A DNA stretch of 64,000 bases from an uncultured Trueperaceae bacterium (GTDB taxonomy: Bacteria; Deinococcota; Deinococci; Deinococcales; Trueperaceae), in NCBI GenBank assembly GCA_963815215.1, contig CAWFFU010000011.1:384001-448000 (forward strand). The letters are read 5' to 3'. Under the pieces are notes generated by a model. That model was not told where the DNA came from and did no database searches. It saw only the letters and a list, made by a program, of their open reading frames with translations. This document shows, piece by piece, positions 25,407 to 34,804 of the stretch (positions are counted from its first letter, which is position 1; every line of letters starts with the position of its first letter). The position numbers and the translations under genes were made by a program.

Positions 25407-26609
25407 ATGCGTCGAGGTCGCGTTGTTGTTCTGTCAGCACTTGCCTTGGGTCTGGTGGTGGTGTTGGCTGCCTGCAATTCCACGCCTTCGGTGGGGAACC
25501 TGAAGATTGCGGTTGGTGGCTTGCCGAGCGGGGTGAATGCCGCGGTGAAGGTCACCAGTGGTAGCTACTCGAAGACTGTGATGGCCACCACCACGCTGTC
25601 CGGGCTGGTGCCTGGGACCTACAACATCGCACCGCAAGCTGTCACCTTGCGCCGCAACGCCTTCGACGGCACCGCGTCCAAGGCAACCGTGACGGTTTCG
25701 GCGGGCGGCATCGCCAGCGACTCGGTGAGTTACGCCGTGCAGCCCGGTAACCTGTGGCTCGCGAACGATACTGGCGGCTCGGTGGTGGAGTACCTAGCGG
25801 CCTCGCTCTCCAGCACCCCTACGACCGGCACGTCGATCACCGGGCTGAGTGGACCGGCGAACGTCGCTTTCGACGCCAGCGGCAACATGTGGGTCGTCGC
25901 TAGCAATGGTGGCTCGGTGGTGGAGTACCTGGCGGCGTCGCTGTCCGGCACCCCTCAAACGGGTACCAGCATCACCGGGCTCAACACTCCGTACGGCATC
26001 GCGTTCGATCATGGCGGCAACCTGTGGATCGGAAGCATCATCGGCGGCTCGGTGACGGAGTACGTGGCTTCGTCGCTGTCCGGTTCGCCCACGACGGGCA
26101 CCACCATCTCCGGTCTCGCCCATCCCTATGGCATCGCCTTCGATAGCAACGGCAACCTGTGGGTCGCGAGCAGCGCCTCAGGAACCGCCGGTGCCGGTTC
26201 GGTGGAGGAGTACACGGCCTCGTCGCTGTCCGGCACGCCCACGACGGGCACCACGATCAGCGGCCTAGACTTCCCAGTGGACGTCACGTTCGACGGTAGC
26301 GGCAACGCATGGGTCTCGCTGGTCAACTCGACCGCTGGTGCCGGTACGGTGGTCGAGTACAAAGCCTCGTCGCTATCCGGCACGCCCACGATCGGAACCA
26401 CCATCACGGGGCTCTCCGAACCCATCGGTGTGGCGTTCGATAGCAGTGGGAACCTGTGGGTGCCGGACTTGTCGGCCAATACGGTTACGGAGTACCTGGC
26501 TTCGTCGCTGTCCGGCACGCCCACGACGGGCACGTCGATTACCGGTCTGAGTAGCCCGGCCGGCGTGGCGTTCGATCCGCCGCCGTACAACCTGCCGCTG
26601 TCGCACTGA
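25407..26609 (+). CDS. NHL-repeat beta-propeller lipoprotein
   Basis: Lipobox VLAAC, an Ig-like stalk and about 6 repeats of the form GIAFDxxGNLWV...SVxEYxASSLSGTPTTGTTI. Confidence 0.88.
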   Translation: MRRGRVVVLSALALGLVVVLAACNSTPSVGNLKIAVGGLPSGVNAAVKVTSGSYSKTVMATTTLSGLVPGTYNIAPQAVTLRRNAFDGTASKATVTVSAGGIASDSVSYAVQPGNLWLANDTGGSVVEYLAASLSSTPTTGTSITGLSGPANVAFDASGNMWVVASNGGSVVEYLAASLSGTPQTGTSITGLNTPYGIAFDHGGNLWIGSIIGGSVTEYVASSLSGSPTTGTTISGLAHPYGIAFDSNGNLWVASSASGTAGAGSVEEYTASSLSGTPTTGTTISGLDFPVDVTFDGSGNAWVSLVNSTAGAGTVVEYKASSLSGTPTIGTTITGLSEPIGVAFDSSGNLWVPDLSANTVTEYLASSLSGTPTTGTSITGLSSPAGVAFDPPPYNLPLSH

Positions 26610-26625
26610 GTCCCAGCTAGGAATC

Positions 26626-26670
26626 GCTGGCGGCCAGACAAGAACTCAAGTCTGACCGCCAGCCCTTTGT
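26626..26670 (+). terminator. Terminator of the lipoprotein gene
   Basis: GCTGGCGGcCAGAC / GTCTGaCCGCCAGC stem followed by CCTTTGT. Confidence 0.6.
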
Positions 26671-26956
26671 GTCCTGCCCTCGCCCGCCACACATGGACTC
26701 GCTTGGGCATGGTGTTCTTCGGCGCAGCGGCCACGGCGCTGTCCTGTCCAGGCCGACTCGGTCGCTCAGTTTCTGCAATGCGTTGCGAGCGCTGCGGTGT
26801 GCACCACACCTTGGCAGTTGCTTGCGCCTGGACGGCTCGCATGGGATTCGCACGGATCGTGGTTAGGCTCGTCGGGTTGGCAGGGACTTGCCCACTCTCC
26901 CCCAGTTCGGACGAGTCCCCAACCTGGGCGCGCCGGATTGAAGATGCTCCTGTGGA

Positions 26957-27190
26957 GTGGACAGGTACGAGCCTAGCAACTCACGCCTGAACGCGATCCT
27001 GCCGAACACCGACCCAATCCGGCATCCGGGGTAATAGGAATGGGCCCACAGGAAGCTCATGCACTCGCAGCGCGATCTCAAACGGAGTGCCACGACGCTA
27101 GTGACTCTGGCAGCCCATCACCCGCGGACTACATGCAAACCCAACGAGCGCCATGACGGGAGAACCACGTCCTACACGGCCATCGAAGAC
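26957..27190 (+). repeat. ~230-bp non-coding repeat, copy 1
   Basis: Colinear with 32918-33150. Confidence 0.85.
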
Positions 27191-27194
27191 CGCC

Positions 27195-27349
27195 TGACAC
27201 CTTGAGTGACACCTTGTCCCGACCCATTCGGCGCGGGTTCGGGCAGCGTGGCGACGATTCCCGCAAGACGACAATCACCGACAATGACGCTGTCGCTCCG
27301 AGTCCCATGTAGTGGCCAATAGTTGGGCCGACCTCTATCCAGGAGGTCA
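27195..27349 (+). repeat. Right arm of unit A
   Basis: TGACACCTTG x2 followed by about 100 bp closely matching 48820-48919. Confidence 0.85.
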
Positions 27350-27392
27350 CTTGATCAGCGGATTATAGGTTCGAGTCCTATACGACCCACCA
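27350..27392 (+). repeat. att core copy 2 (3' half of tRNA-Lys)
   Basis: 41/43 identical to 24960-25002. Confidence 0.93.
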
Positions 27393-27702
27393 CCAGAAGA
27401 GCCGCGAGGGACGCGCGATCGAATGTCGCGACCCACGCGGCTCGCTCTTTCGTTGCGCGTTCGACACCTTGGCTGACACCTCATGGTCGCCCCACAGAGG
27501 CGAACGATGAGGGCGGCGGCGTCCACAAGACGGAAACAAGGCCACCCGACGGGCCGGCTCTCGCCGCGCAGAGCCACCTGCGGAAGGCGCACCTTCCATC
27601 GAACCCCGTGCGGTTCAGTATGCTGACGGCGTCCGACCGAGTCCCACCGACGCCACCGGACCCGGTGGACCGCGCGCCCGAGGGCGCCGGAGAGGGGACC
27701 GC

Positions 27703-28506
27703 ATGGACGCATCATGGCCCTACGGCAACATCGACCTGGCCGCCGCCAACGAGGCCAACTTCGGCACCTTCCTGGCGCTGCAGGAGGGCATGGACGGCGC
27801 GGAGGTGCGGCGCGACGACGGCGCCACCTGGGTGGCCAACGCCTCTCCCATGTTCTGGTTCAACATGGTCACCGGACTGCGCCGTTCGGGCGCGGCGCTG
27901 GACGCTTTCATCGCCGAGGTCAAGGCCACCCACATGCGGCTCGGCACCCCCGTGATGGCCTGGCTCTCCCCCACCGCCGGGCACGCTGCGGAGGCCCTGA
28001 CCGCGGCGGGCATCGGGCCGGCCGGCGAGACGCCGGCGATGGCCGCTCGCCTCGACCGGCTCGTCGCACCGGAGCCGGGCGCCGGCGTCACCGTCGAACG
28101 CGTGGCCGACGAACGCGTCCTGCGGGAGTTCGCGCGGACGATCGTGCACGGCACCGGCATGCCGGAGTACGAGGACGCCTGGTTCGCGTTCTTCCAGCGC
28201 CTCGGGCTGGCACCGGACGCGCCGGTCCAGAACGTGCTCGCGCGCGTCGACGGCGCGCCCGCCGCGGGGGCGACGGTGTCCATGTCCGACGACGTGGCCG
28301 GACTCTACGGCGTCGCCACGCTGGCGGCGTACCGGCGGCGCGGGCTCGGCGCCCTGGTGAGCAAGGCCGCCCTCGACCTTGCGCGCGACCGCGACTACAC
28401 CGTGGGCATCCTGCAATCCTCGAACCTCGGTCTCGGGGTGTACCGGAAGATGGGCTTCGAGGAGACCTTTCGCTACCAGATCCATCACTGGTCGCCTGCC
28501 GACTGA
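27703..28506 (+). CDS. GNAT family N-acetyltransferase
   Basis: VATLAAYRRRGLG motif A and GVYRKMGF. Confidence 0.88.
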   Translation: MDASWPYGNIDLAAANEANFGTFLALQEGMDGAEVRRDDGATWVANASPMFWFNMVTGLRRSGAALDAFIAEVKATHMRLGTPVMAWLSPTAGHAAEALTAAGIGPAGETPAMAARLDRLVAPEPGAGVTVERVADERVLREFARTIVHGTGMPEYEDAWFAFFQRLGLAPDAPVQNVLARVDGAPAAGATVSMSDDVAGLYGVATLAAYRRRGLGALVSKAALDLARDRDYTVGILQSSNLGLGVYRKMGFEETFRYQIHHWSPAD

Positions 28507-29031
28507 GCCGCGCGACTGCAGCGCAGGGCCACCTACGACAGGCGTACCCTCCATCAAGCCCAGGATGCTTCTATATCTGTCAACCACCCAACACCGACTG
28601 CTGCCACGCGATCGGCACATCAGCCGGCAGCAAGTCGTACGACAACACCTCATCCAACGCGGGCCACGCCACCGCATCATGCACGGTCGACCGCAGAGGC
28701 GACCGAAGCCACGACGTACGAAACGCCACCAGCTCCAGATCGCCATAGTCGACCTCCGTGCGAGCGAGCTCCTCGGCGACAACCACGTCCACCCCGAGCA
28801 GGAGGTGTTCGCAGCCTGAGCAGACGAGGGGCTCTTCGAAGAAGCTACCCACTCTCAGGACCTGAGCCAGGAGCCACGGGCGTCCGCGCGCACGTGGGGC
28901 CGTCCTGTGCGTATACTCCTGATATACGCAGGGTTATGCGGTGTGCACAACCGCTGTTAGGTGTGGCTGACCGGATGCGCGGCAGATTCCTGCGCGAGCG
29001 AACTCTGTTGCGACTATGGAAAGGGCGGCCG

Positions 29032-29760
29032 ATGTCGCGAAGCGAACCTGCTGGCGGGAAGAACGATTCTTCTTGGACCGTTCTTTACAGGATTGGTGGG
29101 TTCGCTGCACTGGTTGCTCTCGCGTTCATTCCTATCCAGCTGGTCATCTTCATCGCCTCACCACCACCAGAAACAGCGCTCGGCCATCTGAACCTGCTTC
29201 AGGAGAACTGGTTTCTGGGCCTTCTCAGTCTCGACCTTCAGTATGCGGTCTTCGCGGTGCTCCCAATGGGTCTGCTGACTCTCGCCCTGTGCGTTGCTCT
29301 CAGGCGGACTCATCAGTCCTTTGTCGCCATCGCGCTATTCCTAGGAATCGTGTCGACGACGGTCTACTTTGCCTCAAACGTTGCTTTCGACATGCTCTGG
29401 CTCAGCAATCGGTACGCGGCTGCTGTGACGGACGTCCAAAGGGCCAGCCTTCTAGCGGCAAGCGAGGCGCTGCTCGCCACGTATCATGGCACCGCCTATG
29501 ACGTGTACTACGTCCTGGGCGGGATCGTAGGGCTGATACTCGCGTTCGTCATGATACAGAGTGGTGTCTTCACCAAGCTGACCGCCTACACGGGCCTCGT
29601 GATGAACACGATGATGCTGGTGCCGGCCACCGCAGGGATCCTGGGCATGTCTCTCGCCATGGCTTCCCTGATTCCCACGACGCTATGGTTGGTGCTCGTG
29701 GCCCGACGGCTCTTTGGATTAGGGCGAACCGAAGCTGTTTCGGAACGGGTCGCCGCGTAG
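29032..29760 (+). CDS. DUF4386-like membrane protein
   Basis: About 6 TM segments with lower GC3 than the host genes. Confidence 0.65.
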   Translation: MSRSEPAGGKNDSSWTVLYRIGGFAALVALAFIPIQLVIFIASPPPETALGHLNLLQENWFLGLLSLDLQYAVFAVLPMGLLTLALCVALRRTHQSFVAIALFLGIVSTTVYFASNVAFDMLWLSNRYAAAVTDVQRASLLAASEALLATYHGTAYDVYYVLGGIVGLILAFVMIQSGVFTKLTAYTGLVMNTMMLVPATAGILGMSLAMASLIPTTLWLVLVARRLFGLGRTEAVSERVAA

Positions 29761-29910
29761 TGAGCGCCGAACCAGCGCGCCAACACAGGCAGGGCACTCG
29801 GAAGGTGGCATCGGGCAGGAATCGTAGCGCCCTGTTGGGCACGCGCAACGCAAGCACGTACCAGCACAGAGGGCCGCACAAAACCGTGCAACGTGCGGTC
29901 TCTCTTGCCG

Positions 29911-30321
29911 TCAGCGGAGGAGCGCGACGTTGAGGTACTCGCCCAGGCCGATGGCGAGGTGCGTTTTCCCGACGCCTGGCGGTCCCTGGATGAGCAGGGT
30001 CTCCTTGTCGCGGAGCCAGGCGCAGGTGGCGAGCGTTTCGATGCGGCTGCGATCGACGTTGGGTTGGAAGGCGAAGTCGAAGCTGGCGAGGGTCTGGCCG
30101 GTGGGGAGGCCGGAGAGCCTGAGGCTGGTGCGGATGCGGCGTTCCTCGCGGAAGCCGAGGTCGTCGTCGAGCAACCGGTCGAGGAAGGCGTGGTTGGAGG
30201 TCTCGTTCTTCACGCCGTCAGCGAGGCGCTCGGGGAGCAGCTCGGCGGCGTGCTCCAGGCCCACGCGCTGCAACCGGGCGGCCATGGCGTCCAGGTCGAC
30301 CTTGGGTTGGGTGGCTTTCAT
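29911..30321 (-). pseudogene. istB: IS21 helper ATPase IstB, 3'-truncated
   Basis: TLASFDFAFQPNVDR and GPPGVGKTHLA, ending shortly after Walker A. Confidence 0.88.
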
Positions 30322-31547
30322 CGCGCGACCTCGGCCAGCGCTGCGTACAAGTCCAGCGGCCTGCTGTCGGGTGTCATCATGGCGATCTCCTCCAACCTGC
30401 GACCCATCCCGCCGAGCGGCTGTGGTGGCTGCACGCCGTCGGTGGCGGGGCACTCGAAGTGCTGTGGGTTGAGCAGGATTCGCTCCTGCGCGCCGCGAGG
30501 GTGCGCGGCGATGATGCTGGCGCCTGCCAGGATCTGCACGCGATCGTGGCAACCCCTGACCTCGACCTGTCGCCCCACCAGGGCGAAGGGCACGCTGTAG
30601 GCGCGGCTCTCGAAGTTCACGGTGCAGTCCAGGTTCACGCGCCGGGTCACCGCGATATCGAAGGGCTCCGGTAGAACCGGCAACGGCATCAACGCGGGCA
30701 GCTCCGCCCGGTGCGCCTCCGCCACGCTGGTGCCCGTAGCGGGGCAGGTGCGGCGCTGCCAGCGTTCAGTCACGCGCTCGTCGGTCCACGCCTGCAGCTC
30801 CGCCAGGTCGTTCCAGTGCCGGCTGTAGGGGTTGCAGCCGCTGCGCTGCTGGCGGATGCGACGCTCCACCTTGCCCTTCGCCTCCGGGCTGCTGGGCGGG
30901 CAGGCGTCGATGTGGAAGCGCACGCTTTCGGCGTACCGGCGGTAGGTGGCGTTCAACGTGCCCCACGCACCGGCGCCACGGCTGACAGCGGTCTTCTCGT
31001 TATCCACCCGCACCGTGGCCGGGATGCCGCCCAGCCGGCGGAAGGCATCGTTGTGGCACGACAACCAGGCGAGCTGGTTCTTCGAGGAACTCCCCACGAT
31101 GGCGTCGGCGCGGGAGTGGCTGAGCTGCAGCACGAACGCCAGCAAGTCCATCTGCCGGCCTCCCAGCCACACCGCCGGGAAGTGCGCCCAGTCCGCCTGA
31201 GCCTGCGCCCCTGGCGGCGTTTCGATGCGGCGACGGGCCCGCACCGGCGGAGAGGGGAAGGCTTTGCGAACGTAACGCTGCAGATTCCGGAGGCTGCCCG
31301 GGTAGTCATGCTCCGCCACCAGCCAGTCGTGCAGGTCGGTGATGTTGCTGGGGGAGCGCTCGCCGACCGCCGCCAAGTACGCGTCGATCGCCTCCCGGTA
31401 GCCCCCGGCCTGCTCACCCAGGCGGCGAAGCCGGTAGCGCACGGCGCCCTCGCTCACGCCCAGCAGCCGAGCCGCCTCGCGGTTGCTCACGCCCTTCGCA
31501 GCCAGCGTACGCAACGTCACCAGCTCCTCCCCAGCCAGCTTCGCCAT
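30318..31547 (-). CDS. istA: IS21 family transposase IstA
   Basis: HTH, ETPPGAQAQADW, DNEKTAV, KGKVERRI and NFESRAYSVP. It may carry a short N-terminal deletion. Confidence 0.9.
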   Translation of the reverse strand: MAKLAGEELVTLRTLAAKGVSNREAARLLGVSEGAVRYRLRRLGEQAGGYREAIDAYLAAVGERSPSNITDLHDWLVAEHDYPGSLRNLQRYVRKAFPSPPVRARRRIETPPGAQAQADWAHFPAVWLGGRQMDLLAFVLQLSHSRADAIVGSSSKNQLAWLSCHNDAFRRLGGIPATVRVDNEKTAVSRGAGAWGTLNATYRRYAESVRFHIDACPPSSPEAKGKVERRIRQQRSGCNPYSRHWNDLAELQAWTDERVTERWQRRTCPATGTSVAEAHRAELPALMPLPVLPEPFDIAVTRRVNLDCTVNFESRAYSVPFALVGRQVEVRGCHDRVQILAGASIIAAHPRGAQERILLNPQHFECPATDGVQPPQPLGGMGRRLEEIAMMTPDSRPLDLYAALAEVAR

Positions 31548-31638
31548 GCCATGATCGTCCACCGAAAATCATGGCAGGCGCGGCCCGAACGAGTGCGCAA
31601 ATCTGGATGTCGCCCTAGCTCAACAGTAGACCGTCGCA

Positions 31639-31775
31639 CCACAGTCGGAGAGCACCGTGCGCCGAGCGATCCGTTCCCCCGTCGTGGCGTCGTCGCCACG
31701 CTCCAAGAAGAGCTTCTTCGAGGTCTCGCCGAGCCGACCACGAGAGCCCGGTTGCCAACGCCCCGGTCCCGACAT
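31639..31775 (-). pseudogene. TetR regulator N-terminal relic interrupted by IS21
   Basis: GRWQPGSRGRLGETSKKLFLERGDDATTGERIARR resembles a TetR HTH start. Confidence 0.7.
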
Positions 31776-31784
31776 GCGCAGCAC

Positions 31785-31832
31785 TTGACAGTGACTGACA
31801 TCACGCGTACCCTTAATGTCAGTCACTGACAT
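31785..31832 (+). promoter_or_regulatory. Promoter with two TetR-type operators
   Basis: TTGACA-N17-TACCCT. Palindrome ATGTCAGT-C-ACTGACAT, plus an imperfect copy overlapping the -35. Confidence 0.8.
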
Positions 31833-31887
31833 CAGGCGTCCTCGCCGGCACCTGTCCGTCCGTGCACGCATGTCGAAGGAGGCAACC

Positions 31888-32769
31888 ATGCACGTCTTCA
31901 TCACCGGTGGCAGCGGCCTGATCGGCTCCGCAACCGTCGCAGAGCTCCTCGGCCACGGCCACAGCGTCCTCGCCCTCGCACGCTCGGACGCGGCGGCGAA
32001 GGCACTCGAGGCGGCCGGCGCCGAACCGCATCGCGGGGGCCTCGCCGACCTCGATGCACTGCGGGCGGGCGCTGCCCGGGCCGACGGGCTGATCCACCTG
32101 GCCTTCGGCCACGACTTCACGAGCCCCGACGCCATCGCGCGAGCGATCGCCGAGGAGAACCGCGCCCTCGAGGCCCTGGGCGACGCGGTGATCGGCAGCG
32201 GCCGCCCCTTGGTCACCGTCTCGGGGACGCCGCAGGTTCCAGGACGCCCCTCCACCGAACGCGACCCGTTGCCGACCGACGGCCCGATGGCCGGCCGCAG
32301 CCGCTCCGTGGCGGCCGTACTGGCCCTCGCCTCTCGTGGCGTCCGCAGCAGCGCGGTGCGCATGCCGCGCACGGTCCACAGCCAGGGCGGTGGCGGCTTC
32401 GCCGGCATGTTGACGCAGATCGCGCGCCGCACGCGGGTCTCCGGCTACCCGGGCGACGGCACCCAGCGCTGGCCTGCCGTCCACGCACGCGACGCCGCCG
32501 TCCTCCTCCGTCTCGCCCTCGAGCGAGCAGAGCCGGGCACGAGCTGGCATGCCGTGGCCGACGAGGGCGACGCGGTACGCGACATCGCCACGGTCGTCGG
32601 CCGGCGCCTGGGCCTGCCGGTCAAGGCCGTGCCTCAGGAAACCTACGGACCGCTCGGGCCGGTCTTCGCCGCGGATCAACCCTCTTCCAGCACGCACACC
32701 CGTGCCACCCTCGGGTGGCAGCCGACCCACCCGAGCCTCCTCAGCGACCTCGAGAACCTCCAACCCTGA
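31888..32769 (+). CDS. NAD-dependent epimerase/atypical SDR oxidoreductase
   Basis: AAGGAGG SD and VFITGGSGLIG. Confidence 0.9.
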   Translation: MHVFITGGSGLIGSATVAELLGHGHSVLALARSDAAAKALEAAGAEPHRGGLADLDALRAGAARADGLIHLAFGHDFTSPDAIARAIAEENRALEALGDAVIGSGRPLVTVSGTPQVPGRPSTERDPLPTDGPMAGRSRSVAAVLALASRGVRSSAVRMPRTVHSQGGGGFAGMLTQIARRTRVSGYPGDGTQRWPAVHARDAAVLLRLALERAEPGTSWHAVADEGDAVRDIATVVGRRLGLPVKAVPQETYGPLGPVFAADQPSSSTHTRATLGWQPTHPSLLSDLENLQP

Positions 32770-32817
32770 GCGGCGCCAGCCTCGACGGTGCGTGAAGGGT
32801 TCTCGCGCGGCGTGGCC

Positions 32818-32880
32818 TCACCCCCGCAGGCGCCCGCGCGACTCCTGGGCGGGGTGCTGGATGATGTACGCCAACCACCC
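32818..32880 (-). pseudogene. 3'-end fragment of a DinB-like gene
   Basis: GWLAYIIQHPAQESRGRLRG* is 18/20 identical to the C-terminus of 49251-49724. Confidence 0.85.
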
Positions 32881-32917
32881 GGTGGTGCAACGATCCCTAG
32901 AATCCGCCTCCGGTTTC

Positions 32918-33150
32918 GTGGACAGGAACGAGCTTGGCAACGGACGCCTGACCGCGAGCCTTCCGAACACCGGCCCATTCCGGCATCCGGGGTCATAGGA
33001 ATGGGCCCACAGGCAGCTCATGCGCTCGCAGCGCGATCTCAAACCGAGTGGCGCGACGCTAGCGACGCTGGCAGCCCATCACCCGCAGACTCCATGCGAA
33101 CCCAGCGAGCGCCATGACGGGAGAACTACGCCCTAAACGTCTTCGAGGGC
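32918..33150 (+). repeat. ~230-bp non-coding repeat, copy 2
   Basis: Colinear with 26957-27190. Contains a GGCCCATTCC/GGAATGGGCC inverted repeat. Confidence 0.85.
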
Positions 33151-33193
33151 GGACGCCAAACCAGATACCCGCTGTCGGTCGCACCTTCCGACG

Positions 33194-34504
33194 CTATGGC
33201 GTGTGGATCGGCAAGTTCGCCGGTGGTGGACTGAATGCGATCATCATTCCATCGGCGGCCGGCACCGAGGGAATGACGACATCCGGTGTGGGCGATACGC
33301 TGCCAATCAATGCGCCGGGATTGGTGAACCGCAGCAGCTGCTGCGCGCCGGAATCCCCGACCCACAAGGCGCCGCTGGCATCGAGGGCCACGCCTCCGGG
33401 CTGGGCGCCGCTACTGAACGAGCCCCCACCGATGGTCGCAGCCGGCGTAGGGTTGCCCGTCGACGCCAGCTGGGCGGCGTCGAAGCGCACCACCGTCGGC
33501 GAGCTGGTGGTGTAGTTCGCAACCCACAGGTTCCCGGTGGTGTCAAAGGCGAGTCCGACCGGATTCACCAGGCTCGGCGTGGAGTCCGCGCTGATCGTCA
33601 CAGCTGGCGTAGGGTTGCCCGAAGCAGCCAGCTGCGAGGACGTGTACTGTACCAGCGTCTTGGTGGTGAAGTTCGCGACCCACAGGTCGCCAGAGGCGTC
33701 GAAGGCAATCCCGGTCGGGCTTGCCAGGCTCGGTGTAGAGTCCGCGGTGATCGTCACCGAAGGCGTGGGGCTGCCCGAAGCAGCCAGCTGCGAGGGCGTG
33801 TAACGCACGAGCGTGCTGGCGCTATAGTTGCTGACCCATAGGTTGCCGGAAGCATCAAAGGCAAGGCCAATCGGATATGCCAGGCTCGGCGTGGAGTCCG
33901 CGCTGATCGTCACCGAAGGTGTGGGCGTACCAGAGCTACCGAGATCGGCCGCGTCGTACCGGTACACGTGGCCGGACCAGTCGTCGACCCACAAGTTGCC
34001 CGAACCGTCGAAGGCTACCGCCTCCGCCTGGTTGCCGCCGCCAGCGATGGTCACGTCCGGGCTGGGCGAGCCCGACGCAGCAAGGCTGCCGCCCGGGTAC
34101 GACACGGCCAAACCACTCCCACCAAATGACGGCACCCAAAGATGACCCGAGCCGATCCGCAGCATGTAACTCGCGACCGTGGACGCGGTCGCGTTGGCCG
34201 CCACCGCTATCGACGAGGATGTCGCACTGCCGTCGTACGAAGTCGGCACGATTGCATCCGTGTTCGACACCGACCCGACTGCCACCGAATACGTGCCCAG
34301 TTCGAGATTGGACAACGTGGTCGTGGCCGTGACGGCCATCGAGTACCCGCCCGGGCCCGTCACCATCACGCTTCCGTCGATGCCTGCCGGCAAACCGCTG
34401 ACCGTCACCTCGAGACTACCCGTCGGGCTGGAAGAACAGGCGGCCAGCACCAGCACCAGACCGGTCGCGAGCACCGACAGCACAACAACACGTACACGAC
34501 GCAT
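33194..34504 (-). CDS. NHL-repeat beta-propeller lipoprotein (paralog of 25407-26609)
   Basis: Signal MRRVRVVVLSVLATGLVLVLAAC and repeats PxGLAFDASGNLWVxNY...YTxSQLAASGxPTP. Confidence 0.88.
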   Translation of the reverse strand: MRRVRVVVLSVLATGLVLVLAACSSSPTGSLEVTVSGLPAGIDGSVMVTGPGGYSMAVTATTTLSNLELGTYSVAVGSVSNTDAIVPTSYDGSATSSSIAVAANATASTVASYMLRIGSGHLWVPSFGGSGLAVSYPGGSLAASGSPSPDVTIAGGGNQAEAVAFDGSGNLWVDDWSGHVYRYDAADLGSSGTPTPSVTISADSTPSLAYPIGLAFDASGNLWVSNYSASTLVRYTPSQLAASGSPTPSVTITADSTPSLASPTGIAFDASGDLWVANFTTKTLVQYTSSQLAASGNPTPAVTISADSTPSLVNPVGLAFDTTGNLWVANYTTSSPTVVRFDAAQLASTGNPTPAATIGGGSFSSGAQPGGVALDASGALWVGDSGAQQLLRFTNPGALIGSVSPTPDVVIPSVPAADGMMIAFSPPPANLPIHTP

Positions 34505-34804
34505 GGAGACTCCCTTCATATTGTTCTCACGCGCCCCACCCTAGCAGAGGTGCGTTCGGCAAGCCAGCGAGCATCTTGGGACGTCCACGAAGCCCCTCGT
34601 CCCCCAACAGGTGGTCCTTGCAGCCTGAACAGACGACAGTGTCCTGGAGGAAGCAACACACGTCAGGACGTGACCGAGTACGGGTATGGCACGATCACAG
34701 CTTGACAAGTGCGCAATCCCGGCAACCACTCGCTGGATAGCGTCCGCCGCGCTCGATCGGGCCGGTCGAGTTGTGTGCCAGTATGCGTGCGAGCTCACGA
34801 GACG

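Larger units (their letters stand above)
25003..27392. mobile_element. Integrative unit A (no integrase, 2.4 kb)
   Basis: Bounded by tRNA-Lys and a 43-bp copy of its 3' half. Left and right arms are shared with unit B. Confidence 0.75.
29911..31638 (-). mobile_element. Truncated IS21-family element
   Basis: istA-istB pair. The probable left end begins TGCGACGG at 31638, and the right end is missing. Confidence 0.85.

Noticed and set aside
25770..26580. Regularly spaced repeats resembling a CRISPR array
   Set aside because: They are in-frame coding repeats of beta-propeller blades. There are no unique spacers or cas genes.
27350..27392. tRNA-like sequences at 27350 and 48965 as extra tRNA genes
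   Set aside because: Only the 3' half is present, with no D arm or 5' acceptor strand, so they are att remnants.
28510..28860. Possible transposase C-terminal debris (..IVDLRASELLG..EQEVFAA*)
   Set aside because: Too short and degenerate to call without a search.
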